Positions 30,197 through 43,261 of a DNA stretch of 64,000 nucleotides are shown in pieces. The DNA is from Marivita sp. Lineage in GTDB: Bacteria; Pseudomonadota; Alphaproteobacteria; Rhodobacterales; Rhodobacteraceae. Each line of letters opens with the position of its first letter. The stretch's first letter is position 1. Where the stretch lies: positions 356-64,355 of the forward strand of contig NZ_JAEPMO010000002.1 of NCBI RefSeq assembly GCF_017643905.1. Reading direction: 5' to 3'. Both the position numbers and the translations under genes were made by a program. The notes beneath the pieces were generated by a model. The model worked only from the letters and a program-made list of their open reading frames with translations, was not told the DNA's origin and searched no databases.

Positions 30197-31909
30197 TTAC
30201 TGCCAGGACTTGATCAGCTCGTCATAAGAGACGGTCTGAGGCTCTTCGTCCTCGTTCTCGAGCTTGGGGTACGGTGCACCCGGCTGGTCGAACCAGTACT
30301 GCGCGTCACGCTCTTCGTTCATGACCGGGCCAAGATCGCCCTGGACGCCTGCACGCTCAAGACGCTCGAGCACACGCTCCTGATCGGCGCAGAGTGCATC
30401 CAGCGCTTCCTGCGGGGTTTTCGCACCGGACATTGCGTCGCCGATGTTCTGCCACCACAGCTGAGCCAGCTTCGGGTAATCCGGAACGTTGGTGCCGGTG
30501 GGCGACCATGCGACACGTGCCGGGGAGCGGTAGAATTCCACCAGACCACCCAGTTTGTCCGCACGCTCGGTGAAGCTGTCATGCTGCACCGTGGACTCGC
30601 GGATGAAGGTCAGACCCACATGGGACTTCTTCACGTCGACGGTCTTGGAGGTCACGAACTGCGCATAGAGCCATGCGGCCTTTGCACGATCCACCGGGGT
30701 GGACTGCATGAGTGTCCAGCTGCCTGCGTCCTGGTAGCCGACCTTCTGGCCTTCTTTCCAGTAAACGCCATGCGGGCTGGGCGCCATGCGCCACTTGGGT
30801 GTGCCGTCTTCGTTCATCACCGGCAGGCCGGGCTTTACGGTGTCCGCAGTAAATGCGGTGTACCAGAACATCTGCTGTGCGATGTTGCCCTGTGCGGGGA
30901 TCGGGCCCGCTTCGGAGAAGGTCATACCGGCCGCTGCGGGAGGTGTGTACTTTTCCAGCCATTCGATCGCCTTGGTCACAGCGTAGACCGCTGCGGGCGA
31001 GTTGGTGGCGCCGCCGCGAGCCACGCAGGACCCGACGGGCTGCGACTTCTCGTTCACGCGGATGCCCCATTCGTCGACCGGCAGGCCGTTGGGTTCACCC
31101 ACGTCGCCCATGCCAGCCATGGACATCCACGCGTCGGTGTAACGCCAGCCAAGGCTGGGGTCTTTCTTGCCGTAGTCCATGTTGCCAAAGACTTCGCCTT
31201 CGACGCCCATGTGGCTCAGGTCACGACCGGTGAAGAACTCGGCGATGTCCTCGTAGGCAGACCAGTTCACCGGAACGCCTAGGTCGTAGCCATAAGCGGC
31301 CTTGAAGTCTTCCTGGTTCTTGGGATCGTTGAACCAGTCGTAGCGGAACCAGTACAGGTTCGCGAACTGCTGTGTCGGCAGCTGGTAGACCTTGCCATCC
31401 GGGCCGGTGGTGAAGCTGAGGCCGATAAAGTCGGACAGGTCCAGCGTCGGCAGGGTCACGTCAGCACCCTCGCCCGCCATCCAGTCGGTCAGGTTGCGCA
31501 CCTGCTGGTAGCGCCAGTGCGTACCGATCAGGTCGGAGTCGTTGATGTAGCCGTCGTAGATGTTTTCACCCGACTGCATCTGGGTCTGAAGTTTTTCCAC
31601 CACGTCGCCTTCGCCGATCAGGTCATGGGTGACCTTGATGCCGGTGATACGCTCGAATGCCGGGGCAAGAACCTGGCTTTCGTATTCATGCGTGGTGATC
31701 GTCTCGGACACGACCTTGATTTCCATGCCCTGGAACGGCGCCGCTGCGTCCACGAAGAACTGCATCTCCGCTTCCTGCTCGGCACGGCTGAGCGACGACA
31801 GATCGCCGATCTCCGCATCGAGGAACGCACGGGCGGCGTCCATGTCGGCGAATGCCGGACCCGCAAGGATCAGCAGCGCCGCTGTTGAGGATTTCAGATT
31901 CAAGTTCAT
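30197..31909 (-). CDS. ABC transporter substrate-binding protein (glycerol system)
   Basis: The ATG at 31909 gives MNLNLKSSTAALLILAGPAFA. It is a 570-aa extracellular solute-binding family protein inside the glp operon. Confidence 0.85.
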   Translation of the reverse strand: MNLNLKSSTAALLILAGPAFADMDAARAFLDAEIGDLSSLSRAEQEAEMQFFVDAAAPFQGMEIKVVSETITTHEYESQVLAPAFERITGIKVTHDLIGEGDVVEKLQTQMQSGENIYDGYINDSDLIGTHWRYQQVRNLTDWMAGEGADVTLPTLDLSDFIGLSFTTGPDGKVYQLPTQQFANLYWFRYDWFNDPKNQEDFKAAYGYDLGVPVNWSAYEDIAEFFTGRDLSHMGVEGEVFGNMDYGKKDPSLGWRYTDAWMSMAGMGDVGEPNGLPVDEWGIRVNEKSQPVGSCVARGGATNSPAAVYAVTKAIEWLEKYTPPAAAGMTFSEAGPIPAQGNIAQQMFWYTAFTADTVKPGLPVMNEDGTPKWRMAPSPHGVYWKEGQKVGYQDAGSWTLMQSTPVDRAKAAWLYAQFVTSKTVDVKKSHVGLTFIRESTVQHDSFTERADKLGGLVEFYRSPARVAWSPTGTNVPDYPKLAQLWWQNIGDAMSGAKTPQEALDALCADQERVLERLERAGVQGDLGPVMNEERDAQYWFDQPGAPYPKLENEDEEPQTVSYDELIKSWQ

Positions 31910-31986
31910 TAGGTACCTCCCAGTTATTGAGAACTTGGTTGAAAGGTGGCATCGCCCCGAAATCGGGACAGTGCCGGCTTTTTCGT

Positions 31987-32265
31987 TCACACCCAGCGGA
32001 ACACCGCTGCGGCGTAGAGCGCGCAAACCGCCATTGCCCAGGGCTGGTTTTCGCCAACCAGGCCAAGCCATGCGATATTGATGAAAGCGCTGCCCAGAAG
32101 CGTGATGAACAAGCGATCACCGCGCGTCGTTTCGATCCGCAAGATGCCGGTGCGCGGCGTCTCGGGGAACTTGATCGCAAGGATTGTAAAGACGACCAGC
32201 AAGCTCGCAATGATCATGAAGAAAATCGCTGTGGGCCATGTCCATGCCATCCATGAAAGATCCAT
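31987..32265 (-). CDS. DUF2160 small integral membrane protein
   Basis: 92 aa with 3 hydrophobic segments (MDLSWMAWTWPTAIFFMIIASLLVV...). It holds the typical position between the permease and binding-protein genes of this ABC type. Confidence 0.75.
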   Translation of the reverse strand: MDLSWMAWTWPTAIFFMIIASLLVVFTILAIKFPETPRTGILRIETTRGDRLFITLLGSAFINIAWLGLVGENQPWAMAVCALYAAAVFRWV

Positions 32266-32292
32266 CAGAGGGTCCTCCTGTTCATATTGCGC

Positions 32293-32362
32293 CCGTCATC
32301 CTCGGGCTCGACCCGAGGACCTCGGTGGCATGAGAACCTCGGGTCAAGCCCGAGGATGACGG
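32293..32362. repeat. composite palindromic intergenic element, copy B (two inverted units)
   Basis: CCGTCATCCTCGGGCTCGACCCGAGG (32293..32318) is the reverse complement, with one mismatch, of CCTCGGGTCAAGCCCGAGGATGACGG (32337..32362). Confidence 0.75.
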
Positions 32363-32386
32363 AGGGATGGTTAACAACTCGTTGCA

Positions 32387-33253
<867 letters not shown>

Positions 33254-33280
33254 TGAAGCACTCCCTCGGATTTGGCGTCT

Positions 33281-33344
33281 TCACCGGGCTTGACCCGGTG
33301 ATCTTTTGATCCGGAGATGCTCGGGACAAGCCCGAGGATGACGG
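33281..33344. repeat. composite palindromic intergenic element, copy C
   Basis: TCACCGGG-CTTGA-CCCGGTGA (33281..33301) plus CTCGGG-ACAAG-CCCGAG-GATGACGG (33320..33344). The layout matches copy A. Confidence 0.7.
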
Positions 33345-33367
33345 GACGGGAAAACGCGCAGTTCATC

Positions 33368-35334
<1,967 letters not shown>

Positions 35335-35344
35335 ATCCGTTCCC

Positions 35345-36433
35345 TCAGGCCGCCAGCGCGTAAGACGCGGGGGCGATCATCTTGCCCTGCTCGTCGAAGA
35401 CATAAACGTGACGTGGGTCGAGCCAGACCGTAAGGTCATCGCCCAGTTTCAGGTCATGCACGCCATGGATCAGACCGACCCAGCGTTGGCCGTGGTGATC
35501 CAGATGCACAAAGGTTTCCGAACCGGTGAGTTCGGTCACGGTCAGGCGCGTGGTGAAGGACATGGCGTCCGCCGAATGCTGTCCGATTTCCAGATGATTT
35601 GGGCGGAAGCCAGCAAGGTATTTGCCGTCCGGCAGTTCGGCCAACCGGCCCTTGGCCGCCGTCGACTGGTTATTGCCGAAGACAAGCTGACCACCGGACT
35701 TGGTGATTGGCAGGAAGTTCATTGGCGGATCGCTGAACACCCGCGCCGTGGTCGCATCAACCGGCTGGCGGTAGACCTCGGGTGTCGGGCCAAACTGCGT
35801 GACCCGCCCTTCCCAGAGCGTCGCGGTGTTGCCGCCCAGAAGCAGCGCCTCTTCGGGTTCGGTGGTCGCGTAGACGAAGATCGAACCGGATTCCTCGAAG
35901 ATCTTGGGGATCTCGATGCGCAGCTCTTCACGCAGCTTGTAGTCGAGGTTGGCCAGCGGTTCGTCCAGCAGCACCAGCCCCGCATTCTTGACCAACGCGC
36001 GCGCTAAGGCACAACGCTGTTGCTGACCACCTGACAGTTCCAGCGGCTTGCGGTTCAGCATTGGCGTCAGCTTCATCAACTCGGCCGTTTCGCGCACACG
36101 ACGGTCGATCTCGGCCTTGTCGACCCCCATCAGCTTCATCGGTGAGGCGATGTTGTCGTAGACCGTCATCGACGGGTAGTTGATGAACTGCTGATACACC
36201 ATTGCGACCTTGCGGTCCTGCACGCGCATGCCAGTGACATCCTTGCCCTGCCAGATGATCTGGCCGGTCGCGGGCACGTCCAGCCCCGCCATCAGCCGCA
36301 TCAGCGATGTCTTGCCCGAAAGGGTCGGCCCCAGCAGCACGTTCATCGTGCCTTTTTCCAGCGTCAGGTCGGTGGGGTAGATGTGCGTCTGCCCCTCCAC
36401 GACCTTGGACACGCCCTTAAGCTCGAGTGTCAT
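35345..36433 (-). CDS. ABC transporter ATP-binding protein (first ATPase of the glycerol system)
   Basis: It has Walker A GPTLSGKTS, the signature LSGGQQQR and a MalK-like C-terminal domain. Confidence 0.9.
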   Translation of the reverse strand: MTLELKGVSKVVEGQTHIYPTDLTLEKGTMNVLLGPTLSGKTSLMRLMAGLDVPATGQIIWQGKDVTGMRVQDRKVAMVYQQFINYPSMTVYDNIASPMKLMGVDKAEIDRRVRETAELMKLTPMLNRKPLELSGGQQQRCALARALVKNAGLVLLDEPLANLDYKLREELRIEIPKIFEESGSIFVYATTEPEEALLLGGNTATLWEGRVTQFGPTPEVYRQPVDATTARVFSDPPMNFLPITKSGGQLVFGNNQSTAAKGRLAELPDGKYLAGFRPNHLEIGQHSADAMSFTTRLTVTELTGSETFVHLDHHGQRWVGLIHGVHDLKLGDDLTVWLDPRHVYVFDEQGKMIAPASYALAA

Positions 36434-36443
36434 GTCCAGCCCC

Positions 36444-38039
36444 TTATTCTGCGGCCTTGGACAGAGAGCGACGATGATCCGCCATCCACTCGTCCAACGC
36501 GGTGATCTGTTCAGCGCTCAGTCGCAGACCAAGCTTGTTCCGGCGCCACACGACGTCTTCGGCGGTGTGGGCGTATTCGTGGGTCATCAGCCAATGCACT
36601 TCGGCTTCGGTCAGGGTCGCGCCGAAATCGCGGCCCAGATCAGCAGGCTCCTTCGCGGTGCCGAGGATCGACGCAGCCTCTGTCCCATAGGCGCGGACAA
36701 GGCGACAGGCCCAAAAGGCGTCAAGGAACGGGAAGGCGTCCTGCAGTTTGGCGACCTGCGCCTCGAACCCGTCGACCGGGAAATCGCCACCGGGCAGCGT
36801 GACGCCTGCGGTCCAAGGGCCTTTGACGTTCGGCAACTGCTCGGCGATCTTTTCAAGCGCGCTTTCGGCCAGGCGGCGATAGGTGGTGATCTTGCCGCCA
36901 AAGATGTTCAGCACCGGCGCGCCGCCATTGGCGTCTACCTTGAGCGTGTAATCGCGTGTCGCGGCCGTCGCGCTGCTCGCACCGTCATCGTAAAGCGGGC
37001 GGACGCCGGAATAGGTCCAGACCACATCGGCATCCGACAGGTCCTGCTTGAAGTACTGGTTGGCGAAGTTGAGCAAGTAGGACTGCTCTTCCGGGGTGCA
37101 GACCGGTTTGTTTGCCGGATCGTCATGTTCGGCGTCGGTGGTGCCGATCAGGGTGAAATCGGTCTCATAGGGGATCGCAAAGATGATCCGGCCATCGGTG
37201 CCTTGGAAAAAGTAGCACTTGTCGTGATCGTAAAGCTTGCGCGTCACGATATGCGAACCACGGACAAGGCGGACACCCTCTTTCGAATTCAGCCGCACTT
37301 TGGTCTGGATGATGTCACCGACCCAGGGACCACCCGCATTCACCAGCATCTTCGCGGTATGTGTGCGGGTTTCGCCGCTTTCGGTATTTTGCGTTTCGAT
37401 GCGCCAGAGATCACCGTCCCGCGCCGCCGACAGAACCTTCGTGCGCGGCAGGATCATGGCCCCCCGCGCCTCGGCATCGCGGGCATTCAGAATGACCAGA
37501 CGCGAATCCTCGATCCAGCAATCCGAATATTCGTACGCCATGGCAAACCGATCCTCGAGCGGCGCACCTTCCGCGGTGCCGCGCAAATCAAGCGTCTTGG
37601 TGCCGGGCAGAATATTGCGTCCACCCAGATTGTCATAAAGGAAAAGACCAAGGCGGATCAGCCAAGCCGGACGACGCCCTTTCATCCACGGCATGATGAA
37701 ACTCAGCAGGCGCGACGTTGGCGTGTCGGATTCGAATCGCATATCCTTATGATAAGGAAGGACAAATCGCATCGGCCAGCTGATATGCGGCATCGCCTTG
37801 AGCAGCACTTCACGCTCGACCAGTGCTTCGCGCACAAGACGGAATTCGAAATATTCGAGATAGCGCAGACCGCCATGAAACAGCTTCGTCGACGCAGAGG
37901 ACGTTGCAGAGGCGAGATCGTTCATTTCGGCGAGCGTCACCGACAGCCCACGGCCAGCCGCATCCCGTGCGATCCCGCAGCCGTTGATGCCCCCACCGAT
38001 GATGAAAAGATCTGTTGGTTCGACGTTTTGGTCGATCAC
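36444..38039 (-). CDS. glpD: FAD-dependent glycerol-3-phosphate dehydrogenase
   Basis: The FAD fold DLFIIGGGINGCGIARDAAGRG is present. A GTG at 38039 follows GGGAGG by 9 nt. The ORF-track start at 38102 is also GTG and adds 21 aa with no obvious Shine-Dalgarno. Confidence 0.88.
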   Translation of the reverse strand: MIDQNVEPTDLFIIGGGINGCGIARDAAGRGLSVTLAEMNDLASATSSASTKLFHGGLRYLEYFEFRLVREALVEREVLLKAMPHISWPMRFVLPYHKDMRFESDTPTSRLLSFIMPWMKGRRPAWLIRLGLFLYDNLGGRNILPGTKTLDLRGTAEGAPLEDRFAMAYEYSDCWIEDSRLVILNARDAEARGAMILPRTKVLSAARDGDLWRIETQNTESGETRTHTAKMLVNAGGPWVGDIIQTKVRLNSKEGVRLVRGSHIVTRKLYDHDKCYFFQGTDGRIIFAIPYETDFTLIGTTDAEHDDPANKPVCTPEEQSYLLNFANQYFKQDLSDADVVWTYSGVRPLYDDGASSATAATRDYTLKVDANGGAPVLNIFGGKITTYRRLAESALEKIAEQLPNVKGPWTAGVTLPGGDFPVDGFEAQVAKLQDAFPFLDAFWACRLVRAYGTEAASILGTAKEPADLGRDFGATLTEAEVHWLMTHEYAHTAEDVVWRRNKLGLRLSAEQITALDEWMADHRRSLSKAAE

Positions 38040-38280
38040 CGCGCGCCACCTCCCAATGCCACGTATGTCAGGTGCAATGTATGCGGATTGAGTCGCTTTC
38101 ACGCAAGGCGATTTTTTTCGTTTATGTTCGTTTTTGTCTATCCGACTGAAACTAAAAGAAATTTGACATTAGGGTTTTGCGACCTGTGCCCGCTATGATC
38201 AGAAAAACGGCACAACCCCGATGTGACGCCACGGAATCAGCGCCGCTACACTTTCGAAACTTGACAAGACCGAGACCCCT

Positions 38281-39045
38281 ATGTCCCACGCCTTCCGCCA
38301 CCGTGACATTCTGGACATCGCGCGCAAGGAGGGGAAAGTCACGGTCGAAGGGTTGGCGCAGCATTTCGGCGTGACGCTCCAGACCATACGCCGCGATCTG
38401 TCCGATCTGGCTGAGGAAGGTCGGCTTGAACGGGTGCATGGCGGGGCGATGCTGCCTTCAAGCACCAGCAATATCGGCTATGAACAGCGCCAGTCATTGA
38501 ACGCCAAGGCCAAGACAGCCATGGCCAAGGCCTGCGCCGAACGTATTCCCAACAACATTTCGTTGTTTCTCAACATCGGCACCAGCACCGAGGCCGTGGC
38601 GCGCGAATTGCGCAACCATCGCAACCTGCTCGTGATCACCAACAACATGAACGTGGCGAACATTCTGGCCGAAACGCAGGAATGCGAAGTCGTGGTGACG
38701 GGCGGCAACCTGCGCCGTGCCGATGGCGGTCTCGTGGGCAAACTGGCGACTGAGACGATCCTGCAGTTCAAGTTCGATCTGGCGATCATCGGCTGTTCGG
38801 CATTGGATCGGGATGGCGATCTGCTCGATTTCGACATTCAGGAGGTGAGCGTGAGCCAAGCCATCCTGCAACAATCGCGCAAGACCTATCTGGTGGCCGA
38901 CGCGTCCAAGCTGAAACGCAACGCCCCGGCACGTATCGCGTCCCTATCCGAGATCGACACCCTGTTCACCGATGCGCCCCTGCCCGCTGATCTGCCCGCC
39001 AAATGCGCCGCCTGGGACACCGAAGTGGTGATCGCGCGCCCCTAA
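38281..39045 (+). CDS. glpR: DeoR/GlpR family transcriptional repressor
   Basis: 254 aa with an N-terminal DeoR HTH ([35 protein letters not shown]). It is divergent from glpD. Confidence 0.85.
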   Translation: MSHAFRHRDILDIARKEGKVTVEGLAQHFGVTLQTIRRDLSDLAEEGRLERVHGGAMLPSSTSNIGYEQRQSLNAKAKTAMAKACAERIPNNISLFLNIGTSTEAVARELRNHRNLLVITNNMNVANILAETQECEVVVTGGNLRRADGGLVGKLATETILQFKFDLAIIGCSALDRDGDLLDFDIQEVSVSQAILQQSRKTYLVADASKLKRNAPARIASLSEIDTLFTDAPLPADLPAKCAAWDTEVVIARP

Positions 39046-40520
39046 ACCTTGATCGGACGGGCCGCCGCCAAGAGGCCGTCAATGTCGAGATGCTGTTCCA
39101 TATGGGCCGCGAGTTCGTTCAAAGTGCGCTCCACAGTGCGCGTGTAGTCGGCCCCTCCTGATGCATGTCCCATCTGAGCCAGAAATGCCTGCCGGAACCC
39201 ACCATTTGCGAAAAGACCATGCAGGTAGGTGCCCATCACCCGCCCATTTCCCGAAATCGCCCCGTCCGGCACATCCCCGATGCGGGCGAAGGGGCGCATG
39301 GCGTCGGGGCCAGAGGTCTGGCCGATGTGGATTTCGTAGCCGTCAAAGCCCATGCCCGTTGGCACATGCACCGCATCAACGCGGGTCAACGTTTTGCGCG
39401 GCTGCATCGTAGTTGTCACGTCCAGAAGCCCCAGTCCGGGTGTGGACCCTGCATCCCCTTCCAATCCTTGGGGATCGTCAATCCGGGTGCCAAGCATCTG
39501 GTATCCCCCGCAAATCCCCAAAACCCGACCACCGCGCCGCAGATGAGCGAGGATGTCGATGTCCCATCCCTGCGCGCGCAGAAACGCAAGATCGGCACGG
39601 GTGGATTTGGTGCCCGGCAGAACGATCAGATCGGCATCACCCGGCAACGCCTGCCCCGGTGGCACCATGGTCAGGCGGATGTTCGGTTCGGCCTTGAGCG
39701 GATCGAGGTCATCGAAATTGGCGATCCGAGACAGCATTGGACAGGCGATATGGAACCCCTGCCCGCCGCTGGCCTCTGACAGGTCCACCGCGTCCTCGGC
39801 GGGCAGCAGATGCGCCGCGTCGAACCACGGCAGCACGCCGTAGCCGGTCCAGCCGGTGTGGTCTTCGATGGCGCGGTAGCCGTCTTCGAACAAAGACACA
39901 TCGCCGCGAAACTTGTTCACGACGAAACCCACAACCTGCGCCACATCCTCGTCGGACATGACTGTGCGAGTACCAACAATCTGCGCGATCACCCCGCCCC
40001 GGTCGATGTCTCCGGCAAGGATCACGGGCACATCCGCCGCACAGGCAAAGCCCATATTGGCGATGTCACCGCGCCGCAGATTGACCTCGGCAGGGCTGCC
40101 CGCGCCTTCGACAAGGATCAGATCGGCGGTCTGGGCAAGTCTGTGAAAGCTGTCCAGCACCACATCCAGCAAAACACCCCGATCCTCGCGAAAGCGGCGT
40201 GCCTCCAGCCAGCCTCGCACCTGCCCCTGCACGATGACCTGTGATCCCCGGTCGCTTTCCGGTTTGAGAAGCACCGGGTTCATATGCACCGACAGCTCGC
40301 GCCCGCAGGCGATGGCCTGCAACGCCTGCGCACGACCGATTTCGCCCCCATCGGCGGTCACGGCTGCATTGTTCGACATGTTCTGCGGCTTGAACGGTGC
40401 CACGGAAAGCCCGCGCAGATGCGCCGCACGACACAGACCCGCCACCAGCATGGACTTGCCGACATTCGACCCGGTGCCCTGGATCATAAGCGCGCGTGCG
40501 TTGGTCTGTGCGGATGTCAT
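39042..40520 (-). CDS. cobQ: cobyric acid synthase
   Basis: 492 aa with [13 protein letters not shown] and a C-terminal GATase domain. Similarity to CobQ/CbiP is full-length. Confidence 0.9.
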   Translation of the reverse strand: MTSAQTNARALMIQGTGSNVGKSMLVAGLCRAAHLRGLSVAPFKPQNMSNNAAVTADGGEIGRAQALQAIACGRELSVHMNPVLLKPESDRGSQVIVQGQVRGWLEARRFREDRGVLLDVVLDSFHRLAQTADLILVEGAGSPAEVNLRRGDIANMGFACAADVPVILAGDIDRGGVIAQIVGTRTVMSDEDVAQVVGFVVNKFRGDVSLFEDGYRAIEDHTGWTGYGVLPWFDAAHLLPAEDAVDLSEASGGQGFHIACPMLSRIANFDDLDPLKAEPNIRLTMVPPGQALPGDADLIVLPGTKSTRADLAFLRAQGWDIDILAHLRRGGRVLGICGGYQMLGTRIDDPQGLEGDAGSTPGLGLLDVTTTMQPRKTLTRVDAVHVPTGMGFDGYEIHIGQTSGPDAMRPFARIGDVPDGAISGNGRVMGTYLHGLFANGGFRQAFLAQMGHASGGADYTRTVERTLNELAAHMEQHLDIDGLLAAARPIKV

Positions 40521-40589
40521 GGCGCTGCCCTCAAGGCTTGGGATCGCGGCCCGAGTACCTCCTAAAGGGTCTGTTGTCGATGTAACAGT

Positions 40590-41612
40590 TCAACCGTTCA
40601 GATTGCGCAGCGAACCCCGCATTTGCACCGTGCTCTTGAGCTCTACCGACGCGCCGGTGCTGCGCTTTTCGACGATGTCGATCAGGGCCTCCGCAGCCTT
40701 GCGCCCCATCTCGTGATGCGGAACATGCACCGTGGTGATCTGAGGTGTGACAATACGGGCCAGTTCGATGTCGTCGAACCCGGTGATGGACACGTCTTCG
40801 GGCACGGACAGACCCATCTCGCGTGCACCGCGCAGCGCACCAACCGCCAGAACATCGTTGCCGCACATCACGACCGTAGGCTTTCGGTCCGACTGCATCA
40901 GGTTCTGTAACGCGGCAGCCCCGGTGTCGATTTCGTAGGGCGTTTCGATCACCGGCATCGCGTCAGCGTCAATTCCATTGGACTGCAACGCATCTCGCAG
41001 ACCGACCAGACGCGCTGAAGCGCGGTCATTGCCCCGGGTGATGCCAGAGATCATCGCAATCCGCCGATGGCCAAAGTCGATGACCTGCTGCCCCAGCACC
41101 CGCATGGAACGACGGTTGTCGAACCCCACCGTCGGTTGTTCGCTGTCCGGAGCATAGACCCAAGCTGACAAGACCGGAATCGACCGTGCCCTGAGATACT
41201 CGTAGATCGCCGGATCGCGGTCATGGCCGATCAAGAGAAGCCCATCGGCCCCCCGTGCCACAAGGGCGCGGATTTGCTCTTCTTCGATCTTCGGCTGATA
41301 GGCCGAGCTTGCCACAAGTAGCGTATACCCCCGCGCATGCAGCTCTTCCTGAAAGGCCTGAAGCGCGCGCGCAAAGATCGCGTTCTCCATCGTCGGGATG
41401 ATCGCGCCGATGGTGAAAGTGCGCTTGGCCGCCATGACACGTGCGCCGAAATTCGGTGTATATCCAAGGGCTTCCACGGCGTTCATCACGCGCTTTCGGG
41501 TCTGTTCGACCACCCGTTCCGGCGAATTGAGACAGCGCGACACCGTTGCCGTCGACACGCCAGCGGCGCGGGCAACATCGTCCAAAGTGGGCACGGAGCG
41601 CAGGTCTGGCAT
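40590..41612 (-). CDS. LacI family transcriptional regulator
   Basis: The ATG at 41612 gives MPDLRSVPTLDDVARAAGVSTATVSRCLN, a LacI HTH, followed by a periplasmic-binding-like sugar domain. Confidence 0.85.
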   Translation of the reverse strand: MPDLRSVPTLDDVARAAGVSTATVSRCLNSPERVVEQTRKRVMNAVEALGYTPNFGARVMAAKRTFTIGAIIPTMENAIFARALQAFQEELHARGYTLLVASSAYQPKIEEEQIRALVARGADGLLLIGHDRDPAIYEYLRARSIPVLSAWVYAPDSEQPTVGFDNRRSMRVLGQQVIDFGHRRIAMISGITRGNDRASARLVGLRDALQSNGIDADAMPVIETPYEIDTGAAALQNLMQSDRKPTVVMCGNDVLAVGALRGAREMGLSVPEDVSITGFDDIELARIVTPQITTVHVPHHEMGRKAAEALIDIVEKRSTGASVELKSTVQMRGSLRNLNG

Positions 41613-41681
41613 CGGTCTCCTTTCTTTGTCAGCATCCGCCTGATGAAGCCAAGGCAGCGTTGCAAGCATCAGAGCGCGAAA

Positions 41682-41718
41682 TGTACGCGCTTGCAAGATG
41701 AGAATGTAAGCGCTTACA
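41682..41718. promoter_or_regulatory. two LacI-type operator palindromes
   Basis: TGTAAGCGCTTACA (41705..41718) is a perfect 14-bp palindrome. TGTACGCGCTTGCA (41682..41695) is imperfect. Their centres are 23 bp apart, between the LacI gene and the HisD-paralog operon. Confidence 0.6.
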
Positions 41719-41953
41719 CTCGCGCCAGAATCAATGCGAATTTCGGGGTCTATAATGCGTCTCGCGACGTCCATGTTTGCTTCTGTTGTGCTGATCGCCA
41801 TGGGCACGGCGGCGGCTTTCCGCAGGGACTGTCGTGCTGTCGGATGTCACAGAGACATGGGCTCTTGTTGTGGCGTCGATCCTGTTCATTGCAACGTTCC
41901 CGGCCGCTCCGAGACAGCCGCTGCCAGATATCTACAAGTAGGACTCTTCGACC

Positions 41954-43261
41954 ATGACACGTGAATACCTGAAAAAAGCGACCCTGACGGCGAAATCGGA
42001 TGCCTCCGAAGTGCATGAGACGGTCAAGACGATCCTTGCGGATATCGAAGCAGGCGGAGATGCGACGGCGCTTGATTATGCCAAGAAGTTCGACAAATAC
42101 GAAGGCAATGTCCTGCTGACCGCCGAAGACATCGCCGCCGCCAGTGCGCTGGTTCCGGAGAAGCTCAAGCGCGATATCGAATTCTCCCACAACAACGTCA
42201 AACGCTTTGCAGAAGCGCAGAAATCCACTCTGACGGATGTCGAGGTGGAAATTGTACCGGGCATGATCGCCGGCCAAAAGGCGATCCCGGTGGATGCGGC
42301 GGGCTGCTATGTGCCCGGCGGGCGCTACAGCCACATCGCGTCCGCCATCATGACTGTAACCACCGCCAAAGTCGCGGGTTGCCGTCACATCACCGCCTGT
42401 TCCCCGCCCCGCCCCGGTGTCGGCATTGCGCCCGCCATCGTTTACGCCGCGCATATCTGCGGTGCGGACAAGATCATGGCGATGGGCGGCGTGCAGGGTG
42501 TGGCGGCGATGACCTTTGGCCTGTTCGGTCTGCCCAAAGCCAACATCCTTGTCGGCCCCGGCAACCAGTTCGTCGCCGAAGCCAAGCGCATCCTTTTTGG
42601 CCGCGTCGGCATCGACATGATCGCGGGGCCCACCGACAGCCTGATCCTTGCTGACAAGACCGCTGACGCGCATATCGTGGCAACCGACCTCGTGAGTCAG
42701 GCGGAACATGGCTACAACTCGCCGGTCTGGCTGGTCACTGATGACCGCGCGCTGGCGGAAAAGGTGATGGAGCTGGTGCCCGGCCTGATTGCTGATCTTC
42801 CAGAGGTAAACAGCCAAAACGCCGCCGCCGCATGGCGCGACTACGCCGAGGTGATCCTCTGCTCCGACCGCGAGGAAATGGCCGCCTGTTCCGACGATTA
42901 CGCGCCCGAGCACCTGACCGTGCAGGCCGAGGATCTCGATTGGTGGCTGAACCGCCTGACCTGCTATGGCTCGCTCTTCCTTGGGGAAGAGACCACCGTG
43001 TCCTATGGCGACAAGGCGACCGGCACCAACCACGTGCTGCCAACCTCCGGCGCGGCCAGCTATACGGGCGGTCTGTCGGTCCACAAATACATGAAGATCG
43101 TCACCTGGCAGCGCGCCACCCGCGAAGGTTCAAAGGCAATTGCGGAAGCCACAGCGCGTATCTCGCGCCTGGAAGGCATGGAAGGACACGCCCGCGCGGC
43201 GGATGTGCGTCTGGCCAAATACTTCCCCGGCGTGAACTGCGACCTGACCGCAGATGGCTGA
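41954..43261 (+). CDS. histidinol dehydrogenase-family oxidoreductase (HpsN-like paralog, not biosynthetic HisD by context)
   Basis: 435 aa with the HisD-family motifs GPGNQFV and SQAEHG. It has an N-terminal YLKK-type start and sits in a catabolic operon under a LacI regulator. Confidence 0.8.
   Translation: MTREYLKKATLTAKSDASEVHETVKTILADIEAGGDATALDYAKKFDKYEGNVLLTAEDIAAASALVPEKLKRDIEFSHNNVKRFAEAQKSTLTDVEVEIVPGMIAGQKAIPVDAAGCYVPGGRYSHIASAIMTVTTAKVAGCRHITACSPPRPGVGIAPAIVYAAHICGADKIMAMGGVQGVAAMTFGLFGLPKANILVGPGNQFVAEAKRILFGRVGIDMIAGPTDSLILADKTADAHIVATDLVSQAEHGYNSPVWLVTDDRALAEKVMELVPGLIADLPEVNSQNAAAAWRDYAEVILCSDREEMAACSDDYAPEHLTVQAEDLDWWLNRLTCYGSLFLGEETTVSYGDKATGTNHVLPTSGAASYTGGLSVHKYMKIVTWQRATREGSKAIAEATARISRLEGMEGHARAADVRLAKYFPGVNCDLTADG

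Noticed and set aside
29033-31282. 749-aa plus-strand ORF
   Set aside because: It is antisense to glpK and the glycerol binding-protein gene, both of which have unambiguous family similarity.
36381-38198. 605-aa plus-strand ORF
   Set aside because: It is antisense to glpD.
40521-40589. Cobalamin riboswitch upstream of cobQ
   Set aside because: The gap to the preceding gene is only 69 nt, too short for a B12 element, and I saw no B12-box-like sequence.
41734-41964. 76-aa Cys-rich plus-strand ORF upstream of the HisD-paralog
   Set aside because: Its third codon positions are markedly A/T-rich compared with the real genes here. It runs into the downstream start and has no Shine-Dalgarno.
41750-43084. 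444-aa minus-strand ORF
   Set aside because: It is antisense to the HisD-family gene and has Gly/Arg/His-rich composition.
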